64,000 nt of DNA from NCBI GenBank assembly GCA_965227295.1, contig OZ245742.1, positions 3,392,001 to 3,456,000 of the forward strand, written 5' to 3'. Source of the DNA: Leptonemataceae bacterium. GTDB taxonomy: Bacteria; Spirochaetota; Leptospiria; Leptospirales; Leptonemataceae. Numbering within the stretch: the stretch's first letter is position 1; every line of letters begins with the position of its first letter. The notes beneath the pieces are model-generated. The model ran no database searches and was not told the DNA's origin. It was given only the letters and a program-made list of their open reading frames with translations. This document shows, piece after piece, positions 29,117-39,069 of the stretch. A program made the position numbers and the translations under genes.

Positions 29117-29734
29117 GTGGCGGCGCGCAGGACAGCATCGAAGAAAATTTCGACGGAACGGGAGCCGTCCGTGCGGGAGCGCATTCTCACGACGGCCACG
29201 CGTTTGTTCGCAAGCCAGGGCTATCCGAACACCGGCATCAATCAAATCATCACCGAGTCCGGGACGGCGAAGGCCAGTTTCTACGACTACTTCCCGGCGA
29301 AAGAGGATCTCGGTTGCGCCTATCTGGAAGCTTACGGTGAGGCGAACCTCGCGACCCTGGATCATCTGGCCCGGCGTTTCGAGCGCCCGGTGGACTTTCT
29401 CATTGCCTGGGTGCGCATCCTCAAACGTAACATTCGGCGAGAAGAACTTTACGGTTGCGCCATGGCGAACTTGCACGCGCAGCTCGGAGGTTCGTCGGCC
29501 GTTCTGGACGCAGAAATCCGCAAGCTGGCGAAGGCGACGATCGGACGCATTGCCGATTACCTGGAAGGGGCGCAAACGAGCGGCCATCTGGACCCGGACG
29601 CCAATCCGCGCCTGCTGGCCCGCCGGATCTTTTCGCTCTACGAGGGCGCGTTGCAAACCTGGGTGCTCACCGGTGAACTGGCCGCCATCGACGACCTGGC
29701 CATCCTGGGAGAGCCGTTGCTCCTCCGCCGCTGA
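29117..29734 (+). CDS. TetR/AcrR family regulator
   Basis: RERIL.TA..LF..QGY..TGINQII.ESG.AKASFY..F..KEDL; YGC. Confidence 0.93.
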   Translation: MAARRTASKKISTEREPSVRERILTTATRLFASQGYPNTGINQIITESGTAKASFYDYFPAKEDLGCAYLEAYGEANLATLDHLARRFERPVDFLIAWVRILKRNIRREELYGCAMANLHAQLGGSSAVLDAEIRKLAKATIGRIADYLEGAQTSGHLDPDANPRLLARRIFSLYEGALQTWVLTGELAAIDDLAILGEPLLLRR

Positions 29735-29739
29735 TCGGC

Positions 29740-30129
29740 TCAGCCGTCCGGATAATGACTCAGCCCCACGCGATTGCCCTCGGGATCGCGGAAGTAGAGC
29801 GTGAAGTCCGTCTCGTGGACGATCTCCACGCCGTGCTCCGCGAGCCTGGTGCGCCAGGATTCACGCTCGCCGGCCGCGATGCTGAACGCGATCAGATGAT
29901 AGCCCGGGCGTTTTTCGGGGAAGCCGTTCGCGGAGGCGCCGGCTGTCGTGGCCGCTTCGATCATTAAGATCGCGTTCGCATCTAACTGTAACCAAACGGA
30001 TGTTACGGCACCGGCGTCGTTTTGTTCGCGAATGCGCGGTAGCTCCAGGACCCGTTCGTAAAAATCCGCCAGGGCCGCAGGATTTTGCGCGGCCAGGGCG
30101 ATGTGATGAACTCTCAGTCCTCGCCCCAT
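29740..30129 (-). CDS. VOC/glyoxalase family protein
   Basis: VHHIAL, FY..VL.L, H.IAF, YFRDPEGN. Confidence 0.88.
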   Translation of the reverse strand: MGRGLRVHHIALAAQNPAALADFYERVLELPRIREQNDAGAVTSVWLQLDANAILMIEAATTAGASANGFPEKRPGYHLIAFSIAAGERESWRTRLAEHGVEIVHETDFTLYFRDPEGNRVGLSHYPDG

Positions 30130-30521
30130 TTGTGCACGGCGAGCAGCACTGTTTTTTCGACGGCGGCCTCGCGCAGGGCCGAGAGCCCGGCATACTCGGG
30201 TTTCGTCACCATGTCGCGAAAGGCCTGGCGGGACGGATACTGCACGAGCAGGACCTTGTCCCAGGCGTCGACCTCCGGATCGCCGATGAACGTCATGTCC
30301 ACGGAACCGGCGTAGCGCGGTCGGGCGCCGGCTGTTTTCAGCATGGGTTCCATCTGTTCCATGTAGCGCTCGTAAATCTCGGCGCCGGTCTCGCCGTCGG
30401 CGTTTTTCTCTTTTTTGAACTTCAGCAGATTCACCATCACGAAGGGGCCGTCTTCCCGGGGGAGTTTGCTGAAGTCGACGAATTGCCGTCGCGTGGGGTT
30501 GCGGTAATCGGTATTTGCCAT
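30114..30521 (-). CDS. DUF1330 domain protein
   Basis: P.VMVNLLKF, Y.RY, WD.V.LV.YPSR.AF..M, R.AA. Confidence 0.85.
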   Translation of the reverse strand: MANTDYRNPTRRQFVDFSKLPREDGPFVMVNLLKFKKEKNADGETGAEIYERYMEQMEPMLKTAGARPRYAGSVDMTFIGDPEVDAWDKVLLVQYPSRQAFRDMVTKPEYAGLSALREAAVEKTVLLAVHKWGED

Positions 30522-30529
30522 AACTTAAT

Positions 30530-32695
30530 CTAAACGACACTTACCTGTACCGGCAGGCCGCAGAAGGCGGCGTTGCCGGAGAGCTCGTCCAGTTCCTGTT
30601 CGTCCGTAAGATCGTTGATGCTCACGCCGGCGTTTTCATCCTCCGCGGCGACGCTCATGCGCACCCCCTTGCGATGGTGACCGAATCCGTGGGGCAGACT
30701 GACCACGCCCGGCATCATCGCATCGCTCACCTCCGCCTGGCTGACCACGCTGCCCGTGCGCGACACGATCCGCACTGCGCCTCCGTCGCTGACGCCGATG
30801 CGTTGGGCGTCGTCCGGATGCATCAGCAATGTGCACCGCGACTTGCCGGCCATGAGTTTCGGGATATTGTGCATCCAGGAATTGTTCGATCGCAGGTGCC
30901 GCCGGCCGATGAGCCAGAGCGCATCGCTTACGGCTTCGAATTCGGCCGCCTTTGCTGCGAGGCGTTGGCCGTCTTTGCGCATGACCTCCGGGGCGAGGTC
31001 GATCAACTGATCCTCGGTGCGCAGACGCTTCGGAAAGAGCGGTTGCAGCGGACCGAGATCTATGCCGTGCGGATTCTGTTCGAGCGTCGCCACCGAAAGA
31101 TCGTGAGATTCGGCGTACGGGCCGCTGGTTAAGAAGTGATCCAGGAAAGTTAGCGGACTCATCTTACTCTCGATGACCTGGTCCGGCAGCGGGCGGCCTT
31201 TCTTTAAGAGATCCAGGCGTTTGGCGAGGTCGGCGTAGATTTCCCAATCGTGCAACATGCCGTCTTCTTTCTCGAAGACCGCCGGTGAAATGCGCGTGAA
31301 GTTGCGCACGCCGAACACGTGGAAGATGAGATCGTAGTGCTCGTGTTCGAGGGGCGAGGTGGGCGGCAGGATGACGTGAGCGCGGCGGGTCGTCTCGTTG
31401 AGGTAGAAGTCGATGCTCACCATGAACTCGATGTCCGCCAGGGCTTCGTCCAGGCGGTGGCCGTTGGGCGTGGAGAGAACGGGATTGCCCGCGGCGGTGA
31501 TCATGGCGCGGATCTGCCCGGGGCCGGGGCTGAGGATTTCGTCGGCCATCGTGGCGACGGGGAACTCGCCGCCGAATTCAGGCAGATTGCGGACGCGGCT
31601 GCGATAACGATCGAAGGCGCCGCGGTTTTGCCCGAGGGCGCCGCCGGTTACGTCCGCCGCGCCCAGCGGAAACATGGCCCCGCCGGGACGATCCAGATTC
31701 CCGGTGACGATGTTGACGGCGTTGAGCAACCACTGGCACAGTGCGCCGAAGGGTTGCGTCGAAAGACCGATGCGCCCGTAGGCTACCGCGGACTCCGCGC
31801 TCGCGAATTCCCGGGCAATCCGGCGAATGTCGCCGGCGTCGATGCCGGTGATCTTCGCCGCGGTTTCGGCGGAGTAGGGCTCGACGAAACCGCGCAGTTC
31901 GTCGAGATGTTTCGAGAACTCCAGGGCCCCCGTGTTCGGCCCCGGTTGTTTCGTTAAGTTTTCTGAAAATAAAGTTTGCAGAATCGCCAGGAGGAAGTAC
32001 GCGTCCGTGCCGGGGCGAATGAAGATGTGTTCGTCCGCCAGATCCGCCGTTTCGGTGCGCCGGGGGTCCACGGTCAGAAATTTGCCGCCGCGTTCCTGAA
32101 TGGCCTTGAGTCGTTTGCGCACGTCGGGCACGGTCATGATGCTGCCGTTGGACGCCAGGGGATTGGCGCCCATGATCAAGAAATACTGCGTGCGATCGAT
32201 GTCCGGGACGGGCAGCAGGAACTGGTGGCCGAACATGAAGTAGGCCGCGAAGTGATGCGGAAGCTGGTCCACGGACGTGGCCGAGTAATGGTTCTTCGTA
32301 CCGAGTTTGCCGTAGAAGCGCGGTCCGAAGAGCAGGGAGCCGTAGTTGTGGACGTTGGGATTGCCGAGGTAGACACCGACCGCATCGGCGCCGTCGCGTT
32401 CTTTGATGCGATGCAGGTTTTCGGCGGTGTAGTTGAGCGCCTCGGCCCAGGAGATCTCTTCGAACTTGCCGTCCGCGTTCCGGCGGACCGGCCGGCGCAG
32501 GCGATCGGGGTCGGCGTGCAGGTTCCCCAGCTCGGCGCCTTTGGGACAGATGTGCCCGCGGCTGAAGGGATCGTCGGCGTCGCCCCGGATGCGTGTGATC
32601 TTTTCGCCGGCGCCGTTGGCTTCGAGGGTGATCTCCAGGCCGCAGATGGCCTCACACAAATTACAGGCGCGGTACACGGTGCGACTTGTGGACAT
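30530..32695 (-). CDS. molybdopterin-dependent oxidoreductase with N-terminal 4Fe-4S motif
   Basis: CNLCEAICG...GHICPKG, GANP..SNGS, C-terminal molybdopterin-binding domain (MHP.DA, PGVVSLPHG). Confidence 0.93.
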   Translation of the reverse strand: MSTSRTVYRACNLCEAICGLEITLEANGAGEKITRIRGDADDPFSRGHICPKGAELGNLHADPDRLRRPVRRNADGKFEEISWAEALNYTAENLHRIKERDGADAVGVYLGNPNVHNYGSLLFGPRFYGKLGTKNHYSATSVDQLPHHFAAYFMFGHQFLLPVPDIDRTQYFLIMGANPLASNGSIMTVPDVRKRLKAIQERGGKFLTVDPRRTETADLADEHIFIRPGTDAYFLLAILQTLFSENLTKQPGPNTGALEFSKHLDELRGFVEPYSAETAAKITGIDAGDIRRIAREFASAESAVAYGRIGLSTQPFGALCQWLLNAVNIVTGNLDRPGGAMFPLGAADVTGGALGQNRGAFDRYRSRVRNLPEFGGEFPVATMADEILSPGPGQIRAMITAAGNPVLSTPNGHRLDEALADIEFMVSIDFYLNETTRRAHVILPPTSPLEHEHYDLIFHVFGVRNFTRISPAVFEKEDGMLHDWEIYADLAKRLDLLKKGRPLPDQVIESKMSPLTFLDHFLTSGPYAESHDLSVATLEQNPHGIDLGPLQPLFPKRLRTEDQLIDLAPEVMRKDGQRLAAKAAEFEAVSDALWLIGRRHLRSNNSWMHNIPKLMAGKSRCTLLMHPDDAQRIGVSDGGAVRIVSRTGSVVSQAEVSDAMMPGVVSLPHGFGHHRKGVRMSVAAEDENAGVSINDLTDEQELDELSGNAAFCGLPVQVSVV

Positions 32696-32753
32696 GTCCG
32701 ATTTTTATACTCACGTAAAGTTTTGTCAAGTACGTGCGCGAAGTACAGGCTTC

Positions 32754-32906
32754 GCGCCAGGGATGCGCAGGGTGGCGCGTAGCGCCAGTCCGGAGCGAAG
32801 CGGAGGACCGAAGCGATAGCGGAGCCCGGAGCAGCCCGACCAATTCCGCCCCGCTTGTCGGGGCGGAATTCATGTGTTCCCCCTCACCCGAAGGGGCGGG
32901 GCGCCC
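32754..32906. repeat. structured repeat, family A copy 2 (Flavo-1-like)
   Basis: GCGCCAGGGATGCGCAGGG-TGGCGC-GTA-GCGCCA-GTCCGGAGCGAAGCGGAGGACC..GGAGCCCGGAGCAGCCCG..CGCCC. Confidence 0.85.
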
Positions 32907-32978
32907 AAAAAAGATTTAGCTTCTCACCTTCTTTATTATTCGGTTGCCCCACCGGTATCACCGGCAATCCTGGAACCA

Positions 32979-33722
32979 ATGTTCGCCAAAATCACCTCGA
33001 TCATCTTCTGGGGCTACATCGGAATCCTGTGCATCGTCTGTTATTTCATCGCCGTGACGATCTGGCTGCTCACCGCGTTATTCGATCGACGCCGTGTCAT
33101 GTTGCACCAGTTCACGTGCTTCTGGGCGAACATGTTCACCTGGCCGAATCCGCACTGGAACGTAACGATCGAAGGCCTGGAACGCGCCGATCGAAAAAAA
33201 GCCTACGTCATCGTGAGCAATCATCTTTCGTTGGTGGACATTCCGGTGATCTTCCGGACCTGGCTGCATTTTAAGTGGGTATCGAAATCAGAGAACTTCA
33301 AGATTCCGTTCGTGGGCTGGAACATGCGCATGAATCGTTACATCGAGTTACGGCGAGGCAGCAATCGCAGCAACGCGCAGATGATCAAGGACTGTGAGGG
33401 CGCCATTGATAGCGGCAGTTCGGTGTTCATTTTTCCGGAAGGCACGCGTTCTAACGACGGCCGCGTGGGCAAGTTTCGTCGCGGCGCATTTGAAATTGCA
33501 AAGCGTACCGGTGCCGCGATTTTGCCGGTGGTCATTGAAGGTTCGGAGCAGGCGTTGCCGAAGAAGGGTCTGATCCTGCGCGGCTTTCATCGCATTAAGG
33601 TGCGCGTGCTGGACGAGATTCTGCCGGAAAGTTTCGCGGATGCGACGGCCGATGAATTAACGGAACGTGTGCGGGAAATCATCGCGGGCGAACACGCGGC
33701 CATGACCGCGGCGCGGGCTTAG
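32979..33722 (+). CDS. plsC: 1-acyl-sn-glycerol-3-phosphate acyltransferase family
   Basis: NH.S.VD, FPEGTRS, F..GAF, ILPV.I.G. Confidence 0.88.
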   Translation: MFAKITSIIFWGYIGILCIVCYFIAVTIWLLTALFDRRRVMLHQFTCFWANMFTWPNPHWNVTIEGLERADRKKAYVIVSNHLSLVDIPVIFRTWLHFKWVSKSENFKIPFVGWNMRMNRYIELRRGSNRSNAQMIKDCEGAIDSGSSVFIFPEGTRSNDGRVGKFRRGAFEIAKRTGAAILPVVIEGSEQALPKKGLILRGFHRIKVRVLDEILPESFADATADELTERVREIIAGEHAAMTAARA

Positions 33723-33746
33723 GTTCGCATCGCCGCGCATCAGAAC

Positions 33747-33915
33747 TCACAACCCGTCCCAGATCCCCCGAATCTTCTCCGGTAACTTCATAGGATCGAC
33801 CGGCTTCGCCACGACCCGCGCGGCTGCCGTGTCGATGTACTCTTTCGCTTCGTGATCCTGGGCGCGCGCCATTAAAAAGATGACGGGGATCTTCGCGATC
33901 CTGTCGTTCTCGCAC
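33747..33915 (-). pseudogene. C-terminal remnant of a single-domain response regulator
   Basis: IPVIFLMARAQ.HE..EY....A..V.AKP.DPM.L...I..IW matches REC beta4-alpha5; no N-terminal half in frame. Confidence 0.65.
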
Positions 33916-34206
33916 CGACAGTTCCCAGAGACATGCGCGCGATTTCCCGGAGATCGACCTCGTCCTCGGCGCAAAGAATCCGGTTGAGGCGGCGGCGATC
34001 CACTTTGTAAGATGGTCCCGGCCGTCGTAAACCGGCAAGCAACTCCTTTGATCCCCGGCACGATGATTCTGTAGTTTTGCTAATCTTTGCTCACACAATC
34101 TTAACAATCTTACTTTTTTACAATTCCCGGCCTTCGGCGATTTCCGCGGTGGAACTCTTCGATTGTTACTTGCCACGCTCCGGCGCGACGGCTCTGCTGT
34201 CGTCAG

Positions 34207-36129
34207 GTGTCCTCGACCGGTCGCATATCCACCGCCGGGTTCCTGCGCGAACTCATGGGCACCGAGCCCACCCAGCCGATCTTCGATCGCCCGCAAAAGC
34301 TCGTCCTGGAACACGTACAGCAGCGCACACTTTCCGGGAACATTACCTCGCGTCGTCTGGTTTCCGTAGAAGGCTTCGACCTCCAGGCCACCGCGCTGGA
34401 AAGCCTCGATTACCGCGAACTGCTTCAGGAACTCAACGCCGGCCGCTACGTCTTTGTGTTCCCGTCGTACGAGTTCGATCCGGAAGGCGAGGGCGACGCG
34501 GGGCGCCGCCTGCGGGTGGTGCGTTACCTGGCGGCGCGCACAGAGCCGCAGGAACTCCTGCACGCCATCTACAAAGAACTCATGCAGGCCTCGGCCAATA
34601 CGTTGATGCTCTGGTTCGATGACATCAGCGACGCTGACGAATACTTACGCAAGATCCTGGAAAACGAGGACGGCTCCGCGAATCCGCTGCGCTTCGATGC
34701 GAAGGGCCTCATGCGTTATCTCAGTGCGCATGCTTCGTCGAAGTCTCTGTCGCCGCCGGACTGGATGTGCCGTGATTTCATGCTCGGTGTGCGCGACGAG
34801 ATGATGGCGAAGTCCGCGGCCCTGGAACTACCCGGCGGCGCCTTCCTGCCCGTGAACGATCGCTGGATCGTGCCCTACTTCCAGGTATGCGCGAACTTTC
34901 TGCGTAAGAACGCGGATTCCATGATCCGCCTTGCCCCGCGCATTAAACCGGGCCTTGAGAGTCTCAATCGAGCCGAGGCGGAGTATGCGCGCAAACCTTA
35001 CGCCGGGCCGGTTCTGGACTTCGATATTCGGCGTGCGAAATTATGGCAGGATGTGTCAAAAAATGAATCGACCGGGGCCGAGGCGAACCTGCTTTCTCGC
35101 CTGAACCTGGCCGTACAGATTCTTTCGGCTTTCGCGGAGCGGGCGGTGGAACGCCAGAAGAAGGAGTGGCGCGAGTACAGTGCCGGTTTCGTCGGGCGAT
35201 TCCTTGAGGGTCTCAAGAGTCCCGAGGCTTTTCAGGGTGATTGGCGCCGGGCCGTGCGTTTCGTGAATCCCGAGGAACGCCGGAAGATTCATCCGGCGGT
35301 GTGGCCGCTCCTGCGCAATCATCCGGGCCTCATGGACCGCCGCTGGGAGACGAGCGACGGAACCCTCTTTGTCTTTCTCGCCGACGATCCCGGCAGTCTG
35401 CGTTTTCTGGTCGGCTCCCTGGCGGACGACGGCAGCGCTCCCGGCTGGAAGGTCTACGTGATCTTCCAGCTTCTAGAGAACAGCGAGCACCTGGAGTTGC
35501 TGCGCGAGCATCCCTCGTTCGTGCGCGATTTTGCGAGGCTGCGTCGTCGGGCCATGGCGGCTTACGTCAGCGGTCCGTGGCGGTTGTTGCTTTTGATCCC
35601 GCTTCAGTTTCTGCGCGGCTTTCTGTCCGCCATGGCGCAAAACAGGGTAACCCTGGAACAGAAGAAGTTAAAGAAACAAAACCAGGAGGCCCAGTGGTCG
35701 CGCAGCGTGGGGCGCTCCGGCGAAGGCCGTGAGGCTCTCATTCGCCAGACGTTGCAGCACCTGGACCGGGAGTATTTCCAGCGCGGTCGCATTCCCTCGG
35801 TGCGCAGCGTCATGGAGGCTTTGCCCGGACTGCCGGAACTGAACGACATCCCCCTGGATCGTTACATTCATTTGCTCAAGCAGCACAAGTTCGTTCTGGT
35901 TCCGGTAGAGGGGCCGGACGGCATCCGTCGCGCCCCGGAGGCCGTGCTCATGTTTCCCAACGACGCCTCGTACCCGATCTATGCGGGGCGTGTGCGGGCG
36001 CTGGTGGAAAAGATTCTTAAGTCCGAATCCCTTCACGGTACAGACGGCGGTGCCGGCGGCGGCCTTCGTCGCGCGCGCGCCCTGGAAGCACACCTGGGCA
36101 GACCCGCGCAAGAAGTCGCGGCTTCTTAA
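34207..36129 (+). CDS. hypothetical protein
   Basis: 640-aa ORF with coding-like GC3 bias; no motif recognised. Confidence 0.7.
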   Translation: MSSTGRISTAGFLRELMGTEPTQPIFDRPQKLVLEHVQQRTLSGNITSRRLVSVEGFDLQATALESLDYRELLQELNAGRYVFVFPSYEFDPEGEGDAGRRLRVVRYLAARTEPQELLHAIYKELMQASANTLMLWFDDISDADEYLRKILENEDGSANPLRFDAKGLMRYLSAHASSKSLSPPDWMCRDFMLGVRDEMMAKSAALELPGGAFLPVNDRWIVPYFQVCANFLRKNADSMIRLAPRIKPGLESLNRAEAEYARKPYAGPVLDFDIRRAKLWQDVSKNESTGAEANLLSRLNLAVQILSAFAERAVERQKKEWREYSAGFVGRFLEGLKSPEAFQGDWRRAVRFVNPEERRKIHPAVWPLLRNHPGLMDRRWETSDGTLFVFLADDPGSLRFLVGSLADDGSAPGWKVYVIFQLLENSEHLELLREHPSFVRDFARLRRRAMAAYVSGPWRLLLLIPLQFLRGFLSAMAQNRVTLEQKKLKKQNQEAQWSRSVGRSGEGREALIRQTLQHLDREYFQRGRIPSVRSVMEALPGLPELNDIPLDRYIHLLKQHKFVLVPVEGPDGIRRAPEAVLMFPNDASYPIYAGRVRALVEKILKSESLHGTDGGAGGGLRRARALEAHLGRPAQEVAAS

Positions 36130-36160
36130 CCGCGATCGCCGGGAACTTACGCCGACAGGC

Positions 36161-38539
36161 TCACGTTTCCCCGCCCTCCGGCACGTGCTTCAGAATCATA
36201 TCGAGCAGATCGCTCTTTTTCACGGGTTTCGTTAAGTAATCGTCGCAGCCGGCCGCAGCGGCGCGTTCGCGTTCCTCGGGCAGGGCGTGGGCCGTCAGGG
36301 CGACGATGGGCGTTCGGCGGACGTCGTGTTCGGTTTCATAGTCGCGGAAGCGCCGGGTTGTGGACAGACCGTCGAGGACGGGCATTTGCAAATCCATGAA
36401 CACAAGATCAAAGCGGCGACTTTCTTCTATTAAAATGCGCAGGGCATCGGCGCCGTCGAAGGCACTCTCCAGATGCACCGGCGTGCGGCGGAGGTAGGCT
36501 TCGATCAGCAGGCGGTTGTCCGGGTTGTCTTCGACCAGCAGGATGCGGCATTCCGGGATCGTCGCTGCCGGAACGGGGAGGCGTGTGCCGCCGTCCGGCT
36601 CGGTGCGCAGGTCCCGGGTATTCCGAAAACGCGCCGTAAAACGGAAGACCGAACCGCGGCCCTCTTCGCTTTCTAATTTCATCTGACCATTCATTAATCG
36701 TACCAGATGGTTCGAGATGGCCAGTCCGAGGCCGGAACCTCCGTAGCGCCGGGTGACGGAGACGTCAGCCTGCTGGAAGCTTTCGAAAACGGAGCGTTGT
36801 TGTTTCTCCGGAATGCCCGGCCCGGTGTCTGCGACGTGGTACTCCAGTACGCTTGTCTCCTCATCGCTGTCCCCCGGCACCAGTCGCACCCCGGCCTCGA
36901 TGCGGCCGCTTTCGGTAAACTTGACCGCGTTGCCCACTAAGTTTAATAGAATTTGTCTTAATCGCAAGGAGTCGCCCAACAGGCTCCGGGGCAATCCCGG
37001 GGAAACTACGATCCTCAACTGCAGGCCTTTTTCTCTCGCGCGCAGCTCCATGATTTCCGTCACCGCTTCGAGGACGGTGACCGGATCGAAGGGGCTTTCG
37101 TCGAGCACCAGCCGGCCGGCCTCGACGCGACTGAGGTCCAGGATGTCGTCGATGAGGGCGAGCAAGGTGGTGCCGGCCTTTTCCAGGAGGCGCACGTAGC
37201 GTCGGCGTTCTTCTTCCGAGGGAGTCTCGTCCAACAGCGCCGCCGCCCCCAGGATGGCATTCATGGGCGTGCGGATTTCGTGCGACATGTTGGCCAGAAA
37301 CGCGCTTTTGGATCGGCTGGCTTCTTCGGCCTGGCGTCGTGCGGCTTCTAGATTCACGACGGCCTCTTCCAGTTCCCGGGTGCGAGATCGTACCGTGGCT
37401 TCCAGATGATCGCTGTAGCGTCGGCGGACTTCAATGAGTCGATCCGCCAGGGCATAGGATAACGAGAAGCCGCCGGCCAGGACACCGAAGGACATGGCAT
37501 AACGTATGAAAAAGTGATAGGGAACCAGGTCTAACATGAGCAGAACGTAGACTACGGCTCCGGAGAAGGCCGGCAGCCAGGCGAGCAAAAAGATGCGGGC
37601 CGGGCGTTCACGGCGCATGAGAGCCAGGGCCGTGCCGAGGATGACCGCGGTCGCAGCGAGGCCGATCCAGGCAAAGAGACGATTGGCGGTGCGATAATCG
37701 GCCAGGCCGTAGAGGGAGTTCAACACGGTCAGGATCATCATCAACCGGAACAGCAGTTCCAGACGACCGAAACGTTCGGTGCCGAGGTAGTTGCGCGTGA
37801 ATTGTAAGATGAAAACGATCACGCCGCCGGCGAAGACGATTACGGCGTGACCGGACCAAAACGGACTGTGCGGCCAGAGGTAGCGCGAGCTGACGCCTGC
37901 TAACGTTAACTGATATAAAACGAAGCAGAGAATGGTCAGTGCGATCCAGGCGTAGCCCGGATCCCGCAGCAAGCCGAAGATGATCAGGTTGTACACTACG
38001 ATGGCCAAACCCATGCCGCCGATCAAAAGGATGATTCCGCTGACGGCGCTGAGTGCGGCGTGCAGTTCATGGGCAGCCTCGACGTTCAGGCTGAGCCACA
38101 GCGCCGTATCGGAATGTATGCGCAGGTAGTAACGTCCGTCACCCGGCAGTTCGAAGACCGGCTGGATGTACTGGAACTCCCGGTCGGCGCGCGGGGTCAT
38201 GACACCGCCCGGACTCATGCTGTAGCCGCCGTCCGGCCGGGGGCGATAGAGATCGAGTTCGTAGAGCACGGCGTTGCCGACGCGCAGGAAGGCGGCTTCG
38301 TTTTCCGTGCCGCGAATGTCGAAGCGCAGCCAGTAGGCCGACGCGGTGATGCCGAAGTTCAGTCGGTCGATACTGCGGACGGGACGGAACTGTTCGTCGC
38401 GCAGGAGTGCGTCTTCGATACCGAGGTCGGCGGAAGAATCTTCCAGCACCATCACGTCCTGGATGCGGACCTCTGCGAAGAGCGGGGCGGCTCCGAGGCA
38501 TGTGAACAGGACGGCCGCCCTGAATATAAGACGGGCCAT
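36161..38539 (-). CDS. hybrid sensor histidine kinase (7TMR-DISM extracellular + 7TM + HisKA + HATPase + REC)
   Basis: NFG...SAYWLRF, 7 TM helices, FLANMSHEIRTPMN, NL.GNAVKFT, DTG.GI, GGSGLGL, D.QMP.LDG. Confidence 0.93.
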   Translation of the reverse strand: MARLIFRAAVLFTCLGAAPLFAEVRIQDVMVLEDSSADLGIEDALLRDEQFRPVRSIDRLNFGITASAYWLRFDIRGTENEAAFLRVGNAVLYELDLYRPRPDGGYSMSPGGVMTPRADREFQYIQPVFELPGDGRYYLRIHSDTALWLSLNVEAAHELHAALSAVSGIILLIGGMGLAIVVYNLIIFGLLRDPGYAWIALTILCFVLYQLTLAGVSSRYLWPHSPFWSGHAVIVFAGGVIVFILQFTRNYLGTERFGRLELLFRLMMILTVLNSLYGLADYRTANRLFAWIGLAATAVILGTALALMRRERPARIFLLAWLPAFSGAVVYVLLMLDLVPYHFFIRYAMSFGVLAGGFSLSYALADRLIEVRRRYSDHLEATVRSRTRELEEAVVNLEAARRQAEEASRSKSAFLANMSHEIRTPMNAILGAAALLDETPSEEERRRYVRLLEKAGTTLLALIDDILDLSRVEAGRLVLDESPFDPVTVLEAVTEIMELRAREKGLQLRIVVSPGLPRSLLGDSLRLRQILLNLVGNAVKFTESGRIEAGVRLVPGDSDEETSVLEYHVADTGPGIPEKQQRSVFESFQQADVSVTRRYGGSGLGLAISNHLVRLMNGQMKLESEEGRGSVFRFTARFRNTRDLRTEPDGGTRLPVPAATIPECRILLVEDNPDNRLLIEAYLRRTPVHLESAFDGADALRILIEESRRFDLVFMDLQMPVLDGLSTTRRFRDYETEHDVRRTPIVALTAHALPEERERAAAAGCDDYLTKPVKKSDLLDMILKHVPEGGET

Positions 38540-38547
38540 ATCGATTG

Positions 38548-39003
38548 TCAGGGAGCCGGATTTTCTTCGACGCGTTGGATGAAGTACTTCGTATCGCCGC
38601 GCCAGGGAAAGGCGTAGTACTTCTCATGATAGTAGAGCTTTACGCGTCGTCCCGAGAGTTGGTCGAGTTGTTCGATGAGTGCCTGGTTGCCCGCGGGCAC
38701 GGTAAAATCCCAGAGCGTGGTGATGCCGCCGTCGGTGCCGCCGCCGCTGATGCCGCCGACGTCGAGCTGGCCCTCCCAGGTCTTAAACACGACGCCCTTG
38801 TAGCTGATCTTGATCAAGCGTCCGCTGCGGCTGCCCTCGCTGTAGTTCGCGGAGTACAGAAACCACATGCTCAGTCCGCCGATGACCACGGCCAGGATCA
38901 CCACCCATTTAACGATGCGTACGGTGGTACGAACCATACTTCGGGCGCCGGACTTCACGCTCGTGCTGATATCCGTCACACGTTTTTGCAGCTCATCCTT
39001 CAT
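38548..39003 (-). CDS. conserved hypothetical single-pass membrane protein (YS.G.R.G / KG..FKT.EG family)
   Basis: TM helix followed by YSEGSRSG.L.K.S.KG.VFKTWEG.L and W.GDT.Y. Confidence 0.75.
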   Translation of the reverse strand: MKDELQKRVTDISTSVKSGARSMVRTTVRIVKWVVILAVVIGGLSMWFLYSANYSEGSRSGRLIKISYKGVVFKTWEGQLDVGGISGGGTDGGITTLWDFTVPAGNQALIEQLDQLSGRRVKLYYHEKYYAFPWRGDTKYFIQRVEENPAP

Positions 39004-39069
39004 GGGCAGAGGAGGCCGACGCGCCGTGGGGATGTCAAGTCCTTCGCGCCGTGCTTCGTAGAACCTTCC

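Noticed and set aside
29740..30540. 266-aa ORF suggesting a long VOC fusion
   Set aside because: Its N-terminal half overlaps the DUF1330 gene in another frame; the VOC domain starts at ATG 30129
34055..34082. Possible sigma54 promoter (CGGCACGATGATTCT)
   Set aside because: Lacks the invariant GC at -12
38548..39003. '6-phosphogluconate dehydrogenase' label that I recall being attached to this family
   Set aside because: Protein is 151 aa, membrane-anchored and has no Rossmann motif; the label would be a mis-annotation
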